Translations under genes and position numbers: made by a program
Assembly (NCBI RefSeq): GCF_964355755.1
Contig: NC_092680.1
Span: 18,671,045 to 18,735,044, forward strand
Direction: 5' to 3'
DNA from: Antedon mediterranea
Taxonomy: Eukaryota > Animalia > Echinodermata
DNA length: 64,000 nt
Notes under the pieces: model-generated
Database searches by the model: none
Seen by the model: only the letters and a program-made list of their open reading frames with translations
Told to the model about the DNA's origin: nothing
In this document: one piece after another, positions 37,701-52,700 of the stretch
Layout of the letters: every line of letters begins with the position of its first letter
Numbering within the stretch: position 1 is the first letter of the stretch

Positions 37701-40700
37701 TTCAACAAGTTTGGCTGCTTGTGCCTTTACAGACTCAATGCGTGGCAGTTGACTCATGATGGTCTCTTCAACAGCCTAAAAAGAGAGTTTGTTATTTAGT
37801 CTGTACTGATACTTCATCAAATCATTCATAAACATGATATAAAAAAGATCTTGCTATTGACAAAACCCGCCATGAGCTGAACCAATTTGGACCAAAAAAG
37901 CCCATTTACCATAAATTTCAATTCTAGTCTCTAGTTTCAACAGGGGTTGCTTACCTTATGTTCTTGGATGGTGGCAAAGAGTGGATCACGTTTAGCAACC
38001 ACAATGGTTCCCTTTTCAATTCTATGCGATTCTTTCTCAGCGCCATCGATCCAATCAAGTAGGTCATCAAGGCCATCCTGCACATTCTGTGACTCTGCTA
38101 GCTTAGTGTGGAGAACAGCATCTCGTTCCTTGATTTGACTATCCAACACTTGATATCGAGCAAGTAATTGCTCTGTTGTAATGAATAGAAAAAAGAATAT
38201 TGTAAATATCAGCCTTCTGAGAGTAAGCTACAAGGTGGTTGGCCAAAGGAGAAGAGATAATTACAATCATATGAACCAACCATCTATAGTTTGTGACAGC
38301 TTCACATTGCCTCTATGCCAAAACTAGTAATAGTTCACCTCACACGGCTTTACAGAAATAAACATTCAACCAACAGAAATTAAAGGTCTAACCTGTTGTA
38401 GCACTAGCTACCACCTCTAGCTCTGGTTGAATAGCACCTAACTCATTTGCTGTTTCTTTTGTCTTATCAATATCTTTTAATTGACTGCTGACTGCTGTTC
38501 GCAATGTCTGTGAAAACAGGAAAAATCCAGTTTATTTATGGTTTATGGTTGATTTGATATTTTGAAAAATCAAAAATCAGAATTGAGCAATAGACATTCA
38601 TACCTTAAGTTTATCTATCTGTTTCTGTACCACAACAGGATCTGCTCCAACTGGTTCATGCATAATCGCAGTTGCAGTTGATTCTGTATCGTGGAACCAT
38701 TCTTGTAGCTGTTCGCATTGATCCTCAAACGACTGTTGACGTGACACAACTTCTTCTAGGTCGTCAGTATGTTCCGTACTACTGAGCTTTAATCTGTCAT
38801 ATCGTGCTGTGATGTGATTCAACTTGCCTCGGAGAACGTTGCTTGATGATTTTTCAGCGAAATTGCGTACAATTTGGCGAGGTACTGCTTCACGATATGC
38901 TGCTAAGTCTTGTTTGTATCCCTAAAAATAGAAAATATAGTACAGTTAGCATAATGTCTATTCCAATGTCAAAATCTAGATAGTAAAACTCCCAGACATT
39001 CAATTTATATTTGTTCAATTGTAAGCAATTTATTGATTTACTCCATCACAAAGTCAGCAGTTACAGTGCTAAAAGACAATATTGTATATACTCCAATCTA
39101 GAAATATTATTAAACTAACCTTAGCACCCTCCAGAATCTTCTGACCAGCCTTCACAATATACTTCAAATCCGCTGAATGAGCTATTACATCTTCATTGAA
39201 TCCCTTTTGGTTGTTAAACTGACATCTGTTACTGGTGAGATCTTTGCCGATGCCTACCATGGAAGCATCCAAAGAGCCTTCAGCAGAGTCCAACCACTTC
39301 TCAAAATCTTTTACTTCCTCCTCAAACTTGGAGATGTCCTCTTCAGCAAACTTCAATTTGTTCAGACGGCTGTGAGATTCTGTGTTTGCAGCATCAAATC
39401 GATAGCGCAAGTCTGTTTGGTATTCTGATAGCTTTCGACGTTCATCCTCGCTCAGATGTTGAGCATGTTGTCTGAGAAGCTGCTGGGAGTCTTGTGTAGC
39501 TTGTACAACAGGAGTCTGATGAGCCTGGATGTCTTCATGTATGGCCTAAGAAAGATCAAATAGGTGAAATGTTACCATAAGAAGTTTAAAAATGTATGAA
39601 CTATGGTTTATATTTTCTTAATTTAGAGAATCAAGTTATAACAACATTTACCTTGTGTTCTTTAAGTTGCTCAGTAACTTCAGCTGCTGTTTCTGCTACA
39701 GGTTGCTCCATTGCTAAGGCACTCTCTCCTGTACAGATCCAATCAAGCATGTTCTGAAGACCTTGACATATTCCTGTGTATCGATCACTTAGTGCAACCT
39801 ATTAAATAGGAGAAACATTATTAAAATCTTAGTTTTATAAAATATTAGCATCAGAATAGGAACATATTATACCAAAATATAGCCCAGCTACCAAACATTT
39901 TGAAAAATAAAACATAAGTAAAGTTCTAAATTCCTACATAAGCTAATACAATTTAAGTTATGAATGAATTAACGTTAATTCTTGACATGCATTACTAGCT
40001 ATACAGCTGTCCATACCTGTTCTTTTTCTTGTACATCGAGGTGTTCCAACAGTCGCATTGATTCCCTCTGCCATTCATCAGAATTAGTGCATAAGGTTTC
40101 AAACTCTGATCTAAGGTCATTTACTTTGTCTTGTAGCTCTTTTTGCAACATCGGTGTAAATGAATCTCGATTGTCCCTTAGGAACTGTTCAGTGCCGTGG
40201 ATTGCTTCAAGGATTGATGGTTTACTTGCCAGGAAGTCAGTATTTACAGTCTGAAAAAAAAACCAATGGAAGCATGAATGATAAATCAGCATGGATGTTG
40301 TTAAAATCTCCACATGATTTGATGATAGCAACAGTAATTAGATAAATAATAATAATAAAATAATAAATAATGTTTGATATGAATATACGTACTGTGAATG
40401 CGTCCATCTCTCTTGTTAATGGAATCAGTTCTCTGCTAACTGGCTTCTTATCATACAGGTTTTCATTAATTTCCTTGACATTTTCGGTCACTTTCTCGAC
40501 AGCATCCTTCTTGTCCAACCACAGGCACATTACTTTCAGTTCATCTAATAATCCAGCTATGACCTTATCAAGGTCGTTGTAACGTCTGTTAATAACAGCT
40601 AGTTCTTTCTCAACATCGGTGTCTTCTGCAATATTAAAAACATTTACTTACCATTTAAACACAGATTATTTAAATGATATAACTCAAAACAATAAAACAA

Positions 40701-43700
40701 ATCGGAATATTGAATATTTGCGGGAATCTACAGTAGGATGAAGTAACTACTTGTGTCATATTAATGTGCATACAGGGACACTGAGAGGCAGTGATTTCTC
40801 AGTGTTCCAGGTCCAGACAACAACCAATTACACAATATGCATCCTGTAGGTTCTAAACTCCCTATATATATATTTAATACCTTCTAATATTGTCCTCTCT
40901 AGACGGCTGACATCACGGTCTTGTGGAGGTGACCACTCAGTTTGCAGAGTTGCACCAATATGCGTGGACCAGTATCGTCGACGGGATGAAACACGTGCTT
41001 GTTGCTCACGTTGCAGACTATCGAGATTGCTTCCTAGTTTATTGACCTCTGTGATCTTGAGTTTATAGTCCTTGATCTCTTTCTGCAGAGGCTATTGTAT
41101 TAAAATATTGGCAATTAACAATTGTATTCCAATTTTTGTTAAAGAAAGCTTAGTTAGATAACTGAAAGAAACATTTAGTGAGACTTAGTCATCACTTTAT
41201 TTTCAGACAAAAACATCTATGCTGGCACATACAGCACAGAATATATGAATATAAAATTATATGAAAATAACACCTCAATTTCAAATTTTCAATTTATGGT
41301 ACTGATGTTATAACTAACATTTCTGAGAAGCAATGCGAGAATACAGTTCAATTGGTTAATGTGCAATATTTAGAATACAGTATAATAGTGTAAACAGCTA
41401 AATCTTGATAAATTATATCTAAATCTCCTTAAATAGAATAATTTAGAATTAGAAATGATTGCATGAACTTAACTAAATAATCAACACTCACCATTGATGA
41501 TTAGTTGTGATTCCCGAAGAAGAGGAGAATGATGGTGAAAATTAAGAAAAGAATGTTAGCAAGTGAATCATAAAAAATGAGAATTATTTCAAATTAGAAT
41601 ATATTATCATTTTTTTCAGTTTTTTTATTTTAATTCTGTGGATGAGCATTAAGCCAAAGCTAACCTGAGCGTATTACATTTTTAATATTAATTTACAGAA
41701 ATAAAACAAAAGGTTAAAATGCATTAATGATAATATATAAATTTAAAGCAATACATGACATGTGCATGATGATAATTATCATATTTCATTACATATACAC
41801 CAAATTATTCAGCATGTAGTGCTGTGAAGAAGTGTTTAATAGTTGTGCAACACAAAAACACTAAAAAATATCTATTATTTTAAAAGTTCATTATTGGTAT
41901 AAATCCTATGATATCCTATTGTTACTTTAGGAATATCCTAATATCTCTAATATCCTCATTAAATCCAGTGTCATTTAAATAGAGTTTCATTGATTCCTAT
42001 TTGAGTGCAAAGTTTGACAAAACTGTTGTTTGTGTATGGTGATTTCGTATATATTGTGCAATGATGATTATTTGTTTTATTAACATGCAGTAGTAATAGC
42101 GTATATACAAAATCAAAATATATTTGTTAACAATTGCCAAAAATGTTTTTAAAAATAAAAGAAAATATCAACATAATAACGTGACAGGAAGACAAAATGG
42201 TTTCTAAGCATTTGCAGAGTGATTGAAATGAAAAAAAAATGTCACCATTTTAAGAAACAAAGAATTTGTTTAAGCTAACAATTTCAATGACTTTTTCTTT
42301 TTTGCAAAATGCATACAAATTTAATTAATTTAAATTCTAATTTATTACCTAAAAGCAATATTGCATTTTTAAGCATGCTTTAAAAATCTATTTGCTATAT
42401 GATTGAAGAAAGTGAATATTGAAAGAAATGTACTGCATGTGTGTTTACCGTAAGTTTCTGTATTTGCATTTGTATACTTCGAGTTTCTTTAGTACTGGGG
42501 TTGATGTCTTCTAAACTCTGCTCTGTGTTATCTAACCAGAAGTCGACTTTCTCCACCATACTGTCGTATCGTTTCTTTGCTAGTTTACGATCATCCATCT
42601 GACCATATCTAAAAAAAGGGAGATATGTACTCTGGAAAAATTTCTTTTGTGATTACATACCAAAAATGTCTTTGTTGAAACTAAAATAACTAAAGGACAC
42701 CGAATTCATTTACAAAATATGATACAAACCTCTTGGTCAAGATGTCCTGCAGACATGTCCAGTTTTGATTGAGATTGGACAGAACAGCTGCAACAAATGA
42801 GGAGTCACTAGCTCTTGGATGCTCCATCAGCTCCTGTCCAAGGTTGTGAATGTCCTGGTGTTCTTGAAGATGGTTGTTGACATCATTAGAGATGGCCTGG
42901 AAAATAGAATAGAATACATTGGCATTATATGTAAAGACATTTTTGAAAGCAATTGGATGGCAGAAATTTACATGATGCAGCTTTACCTGTAATTCCTCTT
43001 CTAGATCTTGAATATCTTTCTTCATAATGTCAGGACCTTCCAGTTCATCTAATACAGGCATCAACCACTCTTCCAATTTGTCTACATCTCTTTCTAGATC
43101 GACAAGCTTTCCAGAGAGATTCTGAAGAGTTTCTCCATGCTGTTTCAATTGTGTCTTTGTAGCAGAGAATCTAGAGTTGAAGTTCTCAATCTTTCTCTGG
43201 AATAGTTGTCGTTCCTCTGGACTGCAGTTCACCATAAGTTTTGATATCTCTTGCATAACTGAGTCAATGACTGGCTGGTGGCTGTTGATCTCTTTTTCCA
43301 AAAGCTTAAAAATTATATTTGAAAATGTTGTTAAAACAGAATGTAGAGCATTTGTGTATGTTTGTTATGTTTGATGGCCATTAATTATTATTGGTTTGGT
43401 ATATACCAAAGTTGTAATGGTGTAATCATTCAAGTATCTCTTACTCTATATTCTTGCAGTCTTTCCACAAGAGGCATCTTTTTAATCACAATGACTGTTC
43501 CTTGACGCATTCTGAAAATGATCTTCTCTTTTTCATCCAGCCAATGGAAGAGTCCATCTAATCTCTCTTGCAGAGACTGCATGTCTGACAGAGATGACTT
43601 TAATGCTTTCTGCCTGCCATCAATCTGTCCTTCCAGATCATTGTATCGTTTGACAATATCAACTAAATTAAGAAAAATTGCCATATAAAATTTAGCAATA

Positions 43701-46700
43701 TTCATTTGACAGTATTTGAATGATGTTTGAAAATATGTAAAAAAGGTTGGGTATTGTGTTCTTACATGTGGTTTGATCGACATAATCACTGGTGCTTGTT
43801 TGAGCCTCAATAAGTTCATGTCCTGCCTCTTTCACAGCATTGATGTCTTTGCCATGAAGTATAACAGCATCAAGCAAAACCTATAAAATCAAAAGATATT
43901 GTAAAATGTACAATTCTGTAGTTTGATACAGTTCATTTGAATGTTCACTTCATTGCATTTTTCTGAGGTTTCATCAGATCAGTGGTACTTGCAGTGGTTG
44001 TTTCACCTTATAGTAATAACATAAAATGTTACTATTTATACACAAGCAGCACATATAGTCAAGAACATATGTATGCATTAAGCAGTCATTTGTGTTATTT
44101 CTTTAATATAAAATGAACCATACCTTTAGACGATTAATTTGTCTTTGAATCATGTTAGGATCAGAACCAATAGGTTCTTTCAATAATCTCTCCAGATCAG
44201 TTCCAACATCTCCTAACCATCGATATGTTGTTTCAACCAGGGTGTTGTAATGGCGGTGTTTGTCTACTAACTCTGAGAGATACTTCATGTAGTCATTGCT
44301 GGTTAGTTTCAGCTGGTTATAGCGATCATTAAGATCTGCCACAGTGGCCATGATCAACTCTGGTTCTGGATTTTCTTGGAAGCTACGATTGAATTCCTTT
44401 GGCAGAACTGATGTTCTGAATTCACTTAGTTCCTCACGGTAAAGCTTTGCATTTTCAACCACTTTATAACCAGACAAAGTTCTGTATTTGAGATGTGCAG
44501 CATATGTGACAATCTCTTCAGCAAAGGCCTTATGGTGTTCTAAGTTCTTTTCAAGATCTTGTAGGCTATTGGCAACGTCACATTGAACCTGATCCATCTT
44601 AACTTCAGCAGACGATAGCCAGGTAGTGAAAGCTGCAATGTCTTGTTCACCATGCTCCAGATCACCGACTGCTTGATTGAGTTTGTTCAATCTTGTATGG
44701 GACTGCACAACGACAACGTCATATCGAGATTTGAGATTGTCTGCTGTTGATTTCAAACGGTATGCATCTTGCTCTTTCATTTGGCTGCCATACTGTCTCA
44801 CCAGCTGATTGATATTGTGGATTACCTGGATGATTGGCTGGTGGGAAGCTTCAATATCTTCATGAAGAACCTGTGATGGTAACCAAAAATGAAAGGTAGT
44901 ATAATTGGACTACTTGGGAAAATTGACATGTTTATTATTAATGTTTATTAGACTTTGCCGATTTTACTACTTCTAGGAATAAAATATAATGGGTTTTCAA
45001 AATTGTCCCACAATACTCGGGCATTCATGTAAAGACCTAATAAGCTTTACAATACCTTGTGTAGCTCCAATTGCTGCTTCAATGATTGCAGAACCTCCTC
45101 CTGTGGCTGTTCCTGTCCAAGTCTACACTCAAACTCTGTGATGTTATCCAATAAGGTTACAGTTATAGATGTTGTTTCTTCATATTTGTTACGTAGTGAT
45201 GTCTGGTATAAACAAAATATGGTAAAAATATTGTCATGATTTATTGTTTAAATGCAATGTTTTTTGGTTACACACAAATAGCTATTTGTAGCTAAGTAGT
45301 ATTGAGAATAGAATCTTAATTTTTAAAATAAAGTGAACTAACCAGACAAAGCAATGTGGAGTAATGGTCTAGCACTTAACAGGCATGGGTTCGAGACCAT
45401 AAAAGGCCTAATCTGAATTATTCAAGGTAGATCTCTGGTGGTACATTATTGGAACTTGCTTATATGAGTGTGATTTTTTTTTTTACATTTTAAAATTTGA
45501 TTATTGAACGTACCACTTCTGTTTGGATCTTTTCTAATCTTATGATTTCTGCTTCAGTATCTTTGTAGATCTCATCAGCATTTCCTGTGATGTCTTCAAA
45601 TGACATTCTTAGGTCACTGATCTTCTCTTCCAACTCTTCACATTCCTCGTCTGTCAGTTTGTTGCGATTGTCATGCAGGAACTGGTCACCAGCTACAATG
45701 GTTTCCAGAATCACAGACTTGTTGGAATTAATATCCGTGTGAACATCCTTGAAAATAAAAACGATTGATTGATGTAATTAAACAAACATGATTGAGGTAA
45801 AAACTAAGCATTTTTTAGTTAATGTCAATGTGGACATCCTTTAACATGCATTTTTCAGATACAAATTGTTGTATTAACAATGTTTACGTAATAAAAGTGC
45901 AATATAGTCTAAAATGATTTTCTAGGCACAATAAACAGATGAGCCTATTATGGACTTTTACTAGAGGGGATGCTTACTCAAAATGAGTATTGTACACTAT
46001 GTGTAAATGCTTAATACCTTAAACAGAGCGAACTCAGTCTTCAAAGTCTCCAAGTCTTTACTTGTGGGCTTCTTTTTCCGTAAATTGCTCTCTACAGCAG
46101 TGCACCAGTCTAGCCTGTGATTTATCAGTGTGAATTTCTCTAGGAATTGACGTGTCAAGTCGATGTCAGTCTCGCGTTCACTTATTCTGAACTTGAGGTT
46201 GTTGTATCGACGTCTTGTGTCACGCAACTGATGCTGTACTGGTGAATCTTCTGAATGTTAAAAAGAAAACAAACATTTTTAAGTAGGAATTTGCTGATGA
46301 AATTCATCATTCTAACACTAATACTACTACTAATACTTCTAAATAACACAAATTTTTCTTTTAATGAAAGTATACGAAAATCTCAAAATTGTGTACATTT
46401 ATTTTATGTACAATGAAGAACTACAATGCATTACAAAAGGCAACATACATTCCTTTAAATGAATGAATTCAAAATGCAAAATCATACCTATGCCATCTCT
46501 GATATGGAGGATTGATTCACTGAATGTTGATGCTCTTCTTTCACTTGGCATGTACCCCCCTGCTGTGTATGTTGACCTATGATGAGGTTTGGTTGGTACA
46601 GGTGTTCTGAACTCAGTCAGTAGGTGATCAAGTGAATGTCCAGCCTTTTCTAGTTCAGCAATGTCTGGTTCATAATCATCAACTTGTGCTTTAAACGGCT

Positions 46701-49700
46701 GGAAAATAATAAAAAATAGATAGATTTTATTGAGTAGTTTAGCTAAATGTATTACAAATGCTTAAAACTGTTTCAGACTTTGAAGAGAAAAACTGTAAAG
46801 AAAAAAGCTGTGGTGGGATGGGTGTAGAGGGGGAGTATTTGGGAGAATTGTTACTATTAGGATAACTGTTAAAGTAAATGTTATGTTTATGCAAAAATGG
46901 CATGAGTAAATGCCACCAGGTGTATGGTTTCATTTGACAAAAGAGTTGTTAAATAAAATATTTACAAAAATGCTTATACCTCAAGTTCTTTGTCTTGTCT
47001 GTTTAGTGTTCTCAAATCTAAAGAGATAGGTTGCAATTGGCTCAATTTGCGTTCCATAGTTGTAAGCCAGATACCAGTGTCCTGGTTTCCAGTGTGGTAC
47101 TTATCCTCAGCTTGGTTGAGAAGAGCTAACTGCTTCTTCCTATATGAAAACATTTTTAAATTGATATTGGTGATTATGACAATCTAAAAAAACTTTTTTA
47201 TTACATGATTTTATTATTGTATATTTGTTTTAGAGTTCAATTTATTTAAATCTTTATTCCAAAACCTATGTTACCCCCAACATATTATACAGGTGCTTAT
47301 GAGTTGTGAAATTTTATCAGATACAAAAAATGTGTTCAGATGTTTGTTCTATGTAAACAACTATTAACCAACCTAAGATTGAGCATGCTCTCATAGGATT
47401 GAAAGTTTTCTTCCACATTATTCAATACACTGGAAACATATGATGCATCATTAGATTTTGGATTCTTGATGAGTTCATTACCGAGTTGTTGGATGGTCTT
47501 TAAATCCGCCTCAAAAGCAGTCTGTTGAGATCCCAGATCCTTCAAAATAAGTCAGTTACAAGTTTATAAAACATGTGAATAATATTTAGATGTACAATGT
47601 AGCATTGAGATACATCCACACTTTGGGGTGATAGTATAATGTCCTGCTACCAAAAAAAAGTGGACCACTTTAAGGAACTGCAGCCACTGGATTACACCAA
47701 TGATCTTGTGATAGCTGGGGTTGCAGGCACTAAGTCTTACCTTCAACCTGTTGACAATTTCATTAGTCTCTTGTACCATAAAAGTTTCACTCTCAAGTGT
47801 CTCTAGATTTGGCAGGATATTGTCTTCAAGACGATCAACCATCTTCTCCAGATTGACAAGTTCTGTCTTGAGATGTTCAAGATCATCACCATGTTTTCTT
47901 GTAGAAACCTGTAAATTGTTGTAACGTTTGTTGACTCGGTTTAGCTTTTCTTGTACAGTTGTTGATTCCTTGTTCGGTGAACTCTGTAAGATCTTTGCAG
48001 CTTCTGCATTTACAGTCTCAACTGGAGCTCTGTGACCAGTAATATCATCATCTAAAATCTGTAGTAAATGGAAAAATTGCTGCATTAAAATCTTCTCTAT
48101 AGAATTTATAAAAATAGGGAGTTTAACATAACAAGTATTTTTCATGTAGGCAAGTCAGTTCATTCTTACATTATTAAGATCAATCTGGTCCATCACTGCT
48201 TCTGTCTTCAAAACAACTACAGTTCCTCTTTCCAGTTTATGCTGGTGTTCCTCAGCTTCATCAAGCCATTTCAGAAGCATATCCAAATTGGCCATCAATC
48301 CTTGAGACTCTGATAGAGCTTTTTGTAGGCCTTCGTAACGTTCACCACTTGTAACCTCAAGAGCTTGATATCGTCTTAATATTTCATCTAAAGTAGAAAG
48401 AATAATTAGGTCATACCTAGTGGCAAGTAGAATATCATAAATAATAGTCGAGAATCACAACAAAAGCAGCACTCAAGAAATCGAGAAGGTTTTCATACCA
48501 GTTGTGCCTTCTACTTGTATTCTAGCACCTTCTTGAGCTTCTATCAAGTTCAGCCCAGCAGATTTTGTCATCTCAACATCAGTCCTATGGGTGGCAACTT
48601 CTCTCTTGAAGCTATTGATCCTTTCAAGTTGCCTGTGTATTTCCTCTGCCTGTGCTGAAAATGATTCCTTTTTCAATTCTATCAACTCCTTTTCTGCTTC
48701 TTCTAACCACCTTTCAGATGACTCCACTCTGTCAACATAGCGCTGGTGATGTTGCATCAGACTATTAAGATATCTACTATGGTTCAGAGTTTCAACCTTC
48801 AAAGCTTCATGTCGGTCATTCAAGGTGCTTATTGTTTGTCGCAAATGGTTGGTTTCTGGTGTCTCTTCAAAGGTACGCTGTGCTTGTTTTGGCAGAACAT
48901 TTGACCTGAATTCACTCAGATATTCCTGGTATGCCTAAAAAACAAATGTAAAAGATTAAAATATGATATATTATAACATTTTTGGTTGAATTTAGAAACA
49001 ATATCGCTAGTCCTAGAAATCCTACCGCCTCTTTTGAATGAGGACAACAAATTAAGACAATGACGTACAATAAATACTTACATTTGTATTTTCCAAATAT
49101 CTTTGTGTTGCCTTATTCATATATTTCAAGTGAGCAGAATGAGTCACAACATCATCAGCAAATGGAATGTGTTCTTCGGATTGCTTCTTCAATGTCTCAA
49201 GCTCATTACTTACACTCTTTTTGGCAGTTTCAGACTTCACCTCTGCATCTCCAACCCATTCAGAGAACTCTTTAATGTCCTCTTCTAATTTAAAAAGATC
49301 ATCAAGTCCAAATGATAACCGTGTCTGTCGTTCACTGCCTTGTTTAGCAATGGTGTCATAACGAGAGCGAACCTGCTCAATGTTGGATAGAAGCTGTTGT
49401 TTTTGTGTTTCATCTAGTTCCTCCTCAGATTTTAGAAGATGCTGAGCTTCTTGGATAACATGCTGTACAGGTTCATTATGTTCTTGTATGTCTTTTATAA
49501 GCACCTATCAAAACAGGAAAAAAATGAAATACTTAGTGTATAGTGGATAACTTACAATAGTAAACAACATTCTATTACCAAATAAATGGTGCCTGATAAT
49601 TGATCATAAACCTTAAAATTCTTATCAAACACCTGTGCTAGCCACTTCACTACTCTACAACATGACAACAGCATATGGCTTGGAAAACCCCAACATCAAA

Positions 49701-52700
49701 ACCAAACTTATCCACTAGTAAAAACTGTATGCACCTTATGCTCTTCATATTGATGGGTGAAGACGTCGCTTTTCTCTGGCATTGGTTGTTGTGATCCTAG
49801 AGTCTCCTCCGTCTGTTGAATCCATTCAAGCATGTCATCCAATGCTTTTACATCACTGCTAAACTCTTGATCTAGTTTTGACTGCAACGAGAAGATTAAA
49901 ATATCATGCAATATATTGAAAATAACCCTATTTTAGTAGTATTGTTTTAACGATTATTGATTAATCGAAAATCCTTGAAAAACTCCCTCCAGGTATCGAC
50001 AACATTAATGGAACTGTAAATTATTATTGCATGTAATGCTGAAAACTTTCAGTACATCCTAAAAGAATTTAGTTTCTTCAGAAGAGGGTTAATATTTATT
50101 TTGTTGTATTATATGTGGTGCTACTGAAATAAATGTTGTTTACCTTCCTCTCATTTTGGGCATTCAATGACTGAAGTGTATTTTGAGTGGTATAACACAC
50201 ACGTTCTGTTTCCACAAGAATCAGATCTGTTCCACTACGAAGGTCATTGATTAGGCTCTGTAGATTTTGTGTTTTTTCAGGTTCCAGTCTAGTCTTGTTG
50301 ACTTTCACAAAAGCTTCTCCATCACTAATGGTATCCTGAACCTTAGCTTTTTGCTGTTGGACATCGAACTGTACAGCCTATAAAAAATAAAACGAAAATG
50401 TGATTAAAATAAATAATGTATAAGTAGAAATATTCTTGCCCGTCTATTGACTTGTGATGACCAATAGCCTTAGACCGTGTCACTTGACTCATCTCTTGTC
50501 TACCATTCTCCAGAAGATGTCAAGACCTTCTCAATCATACATTATTTCCTTTTGAAAACATCTTCATGCATTATTATGTTACATATACTTATTCTCTATT
50601 TTTATGTTCAAAAGACACTCAAAACATCCTTTTTCCATAAATGCAACACATTTATAGGCGACATTTATTTCCATTTTTAAATCACTTAACATAAAACATA
50701 CCTTGAACTCTTCAAGTTCTCTTGCAAGAATCTTTGTATCTGTACTTGAGGGTATCTTCTCCTTCACCTGATTGTCAGCAGCTGCAACAACATCTTTAGT
50801 CTCCACCAAGTTGCCAAGAATACCAAAGTAGTCATTTGTAAGATTCAGTTGGTCTGATCGTGATTTCAGATTGTTAAGGACATCGTTGTAACGTTCATTA
50901 ATATCATCAACCTCACATCGGATTACAGACTCATCCATTGGTGTTTCTAAAATTCAGAAATATATTTTCAGTTGGTTTCAATAAGATCAATATTATTGAT
51001 TTTTATAAACAGAAGATAAATAACAGTATATACAGAAAGAAAACCCGAGTTGCAACATCCAACAACCCAGACTAAAATTGCAAGTACCCTACCATTAGAA
51101 CACTGATACTGTACTTTTATACTTATGTTCAGGCTTGATTGGATAGTAATCTCAACCAAAATGATGAAGTAACACTAGGCTTAATGCATTGCCCTGTTAA
51201 TCTATAATTCTGAGGGCAGGTATGGAAAATCTGTAGTGCTATTTATGGTATTAGTTCAAATTTTACCAGAAACACTATGGAACTTGTAGAGCTATGCTTG
51301 ATACAATAATGGTTCAGTTCTGTGAATTAAAAAAAAAAAAGTTACCATCAGCAAAGAATGAATCCATGTCTTCTATGCCCATAATACTGTGTCTCTTTAA
51401 CAATTTTTCAGTGTCAAGTCTGGTAGATCGACTGTGAGTTGTAGCAGGAAGAGGAACTTCTGTCTCCTTGATCACATTGTCAAGATGCGAGCCTAGCCTG
51501 GTAACCTCCATCACTTGTGGTTTGTGTTCAGTAACTTCACTAAGCAATGGCTATTAAATAGAAGCAAAACAAATAAATGTATCAACAATGACATGGTGAT
51601 AATAGTCTATTTTATAGTTACACAGTCTATGTAAATCTGGATTTCTGTGGTTGTATACATACCTCAGTCTGTGTAATCTGCATCTTCAAGGCACTACACT
51701 CCTCAGCTACAGGCTGCAGTTGTGAAACCTGTCTTTCAACGTTCTCAAGCCAGAAGTTGACATCATCACGAGTTGCATCGTATTGTTTAGTTGCTGTTTC
51801 ACGATCTTCAAGCTGCTTACTCCTATTTAATGAAAATATCATTTGTTTATATAGAAAAAGATTATATTACACATGCTTATTATTTCAAGAAACTCCTACA
51901 CATAGTTTACTCCCTTGGCATTCACCTTTTAAACTTAAAAAAGAACTATTTTCTCTAATGACACAAATGCATACACTACATAAACTATTGACATTAGCCC
52001 CACAAAAAGGAATATCATAAATACAAACCTTTTATCAATAGCGGTGTTTAAACTGTTCCAGTTGTCATCAACGTTTTGGAGGGCGCTGCTAATGTAGGAT
52101 GTATCACATGACTTAGGATGATGCATCATCTCGCTCCCGAGCTGGTGAATTTGACTAATCTTTGGTTTGTTGGCATCTCTTTGTCTCTTTATATCCTGAT
52201 ATATAATATAAACATTTATTTATTTCAAATAGTAAATAAGCTCAATTTAATACTAATTTTATTAACAAAATTTCTCATTTATATTCATAGTAAATTAACA
52301 AATTAGTAAAAATAAGTATACTTGAGTACTTGAACATAAAAAATTAAAATGTTTTGATAACTGACCGATAGCTGATCTCGGATATCTGGAAGATTTGAAG
52401 CCATAAAAGTCTTCGACTCTAAATTCTGAAGAACAGGCAGTTCCCAGTCTTCTACCTCTTCCACAACACGTTCAAACTCTTTTAGATTTTCTGTGAGGTT
52501 AAAGAGATCCATGCCATGTTTCTGTGTTGAATTCTCCACTACATTAAATCTTTCATTTACTTTCTCCAATTTCGACCTGATCAAATCAGCTGAAACTGGA
52601 TCACTAGATTCTGTTAGTTGAACTGCTGACTTGGTAATAGCTTCAAGGATTGGTCGCTGGCTTTCAATATCAGATTGGAGAACCTGAAAGAGCATGAAAA

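Noticed and set aside
41485-41560. Microexon in the long A/B intron of unit 5 (strong ATG|GTGAGT donor and pyrimidine tract)
   Set aside because: No AG acceptor (tract ends in CGG), and the candidate lengths break frame or include a stop.
42897-42986. 90-nt stop-free intron read through by ORF 42690..43301 as coding sequence
   Set aside because: It has canonical GT-AG ends at the same position as the J/K intron in every other unit; an open frame over 30 codons can be chance.
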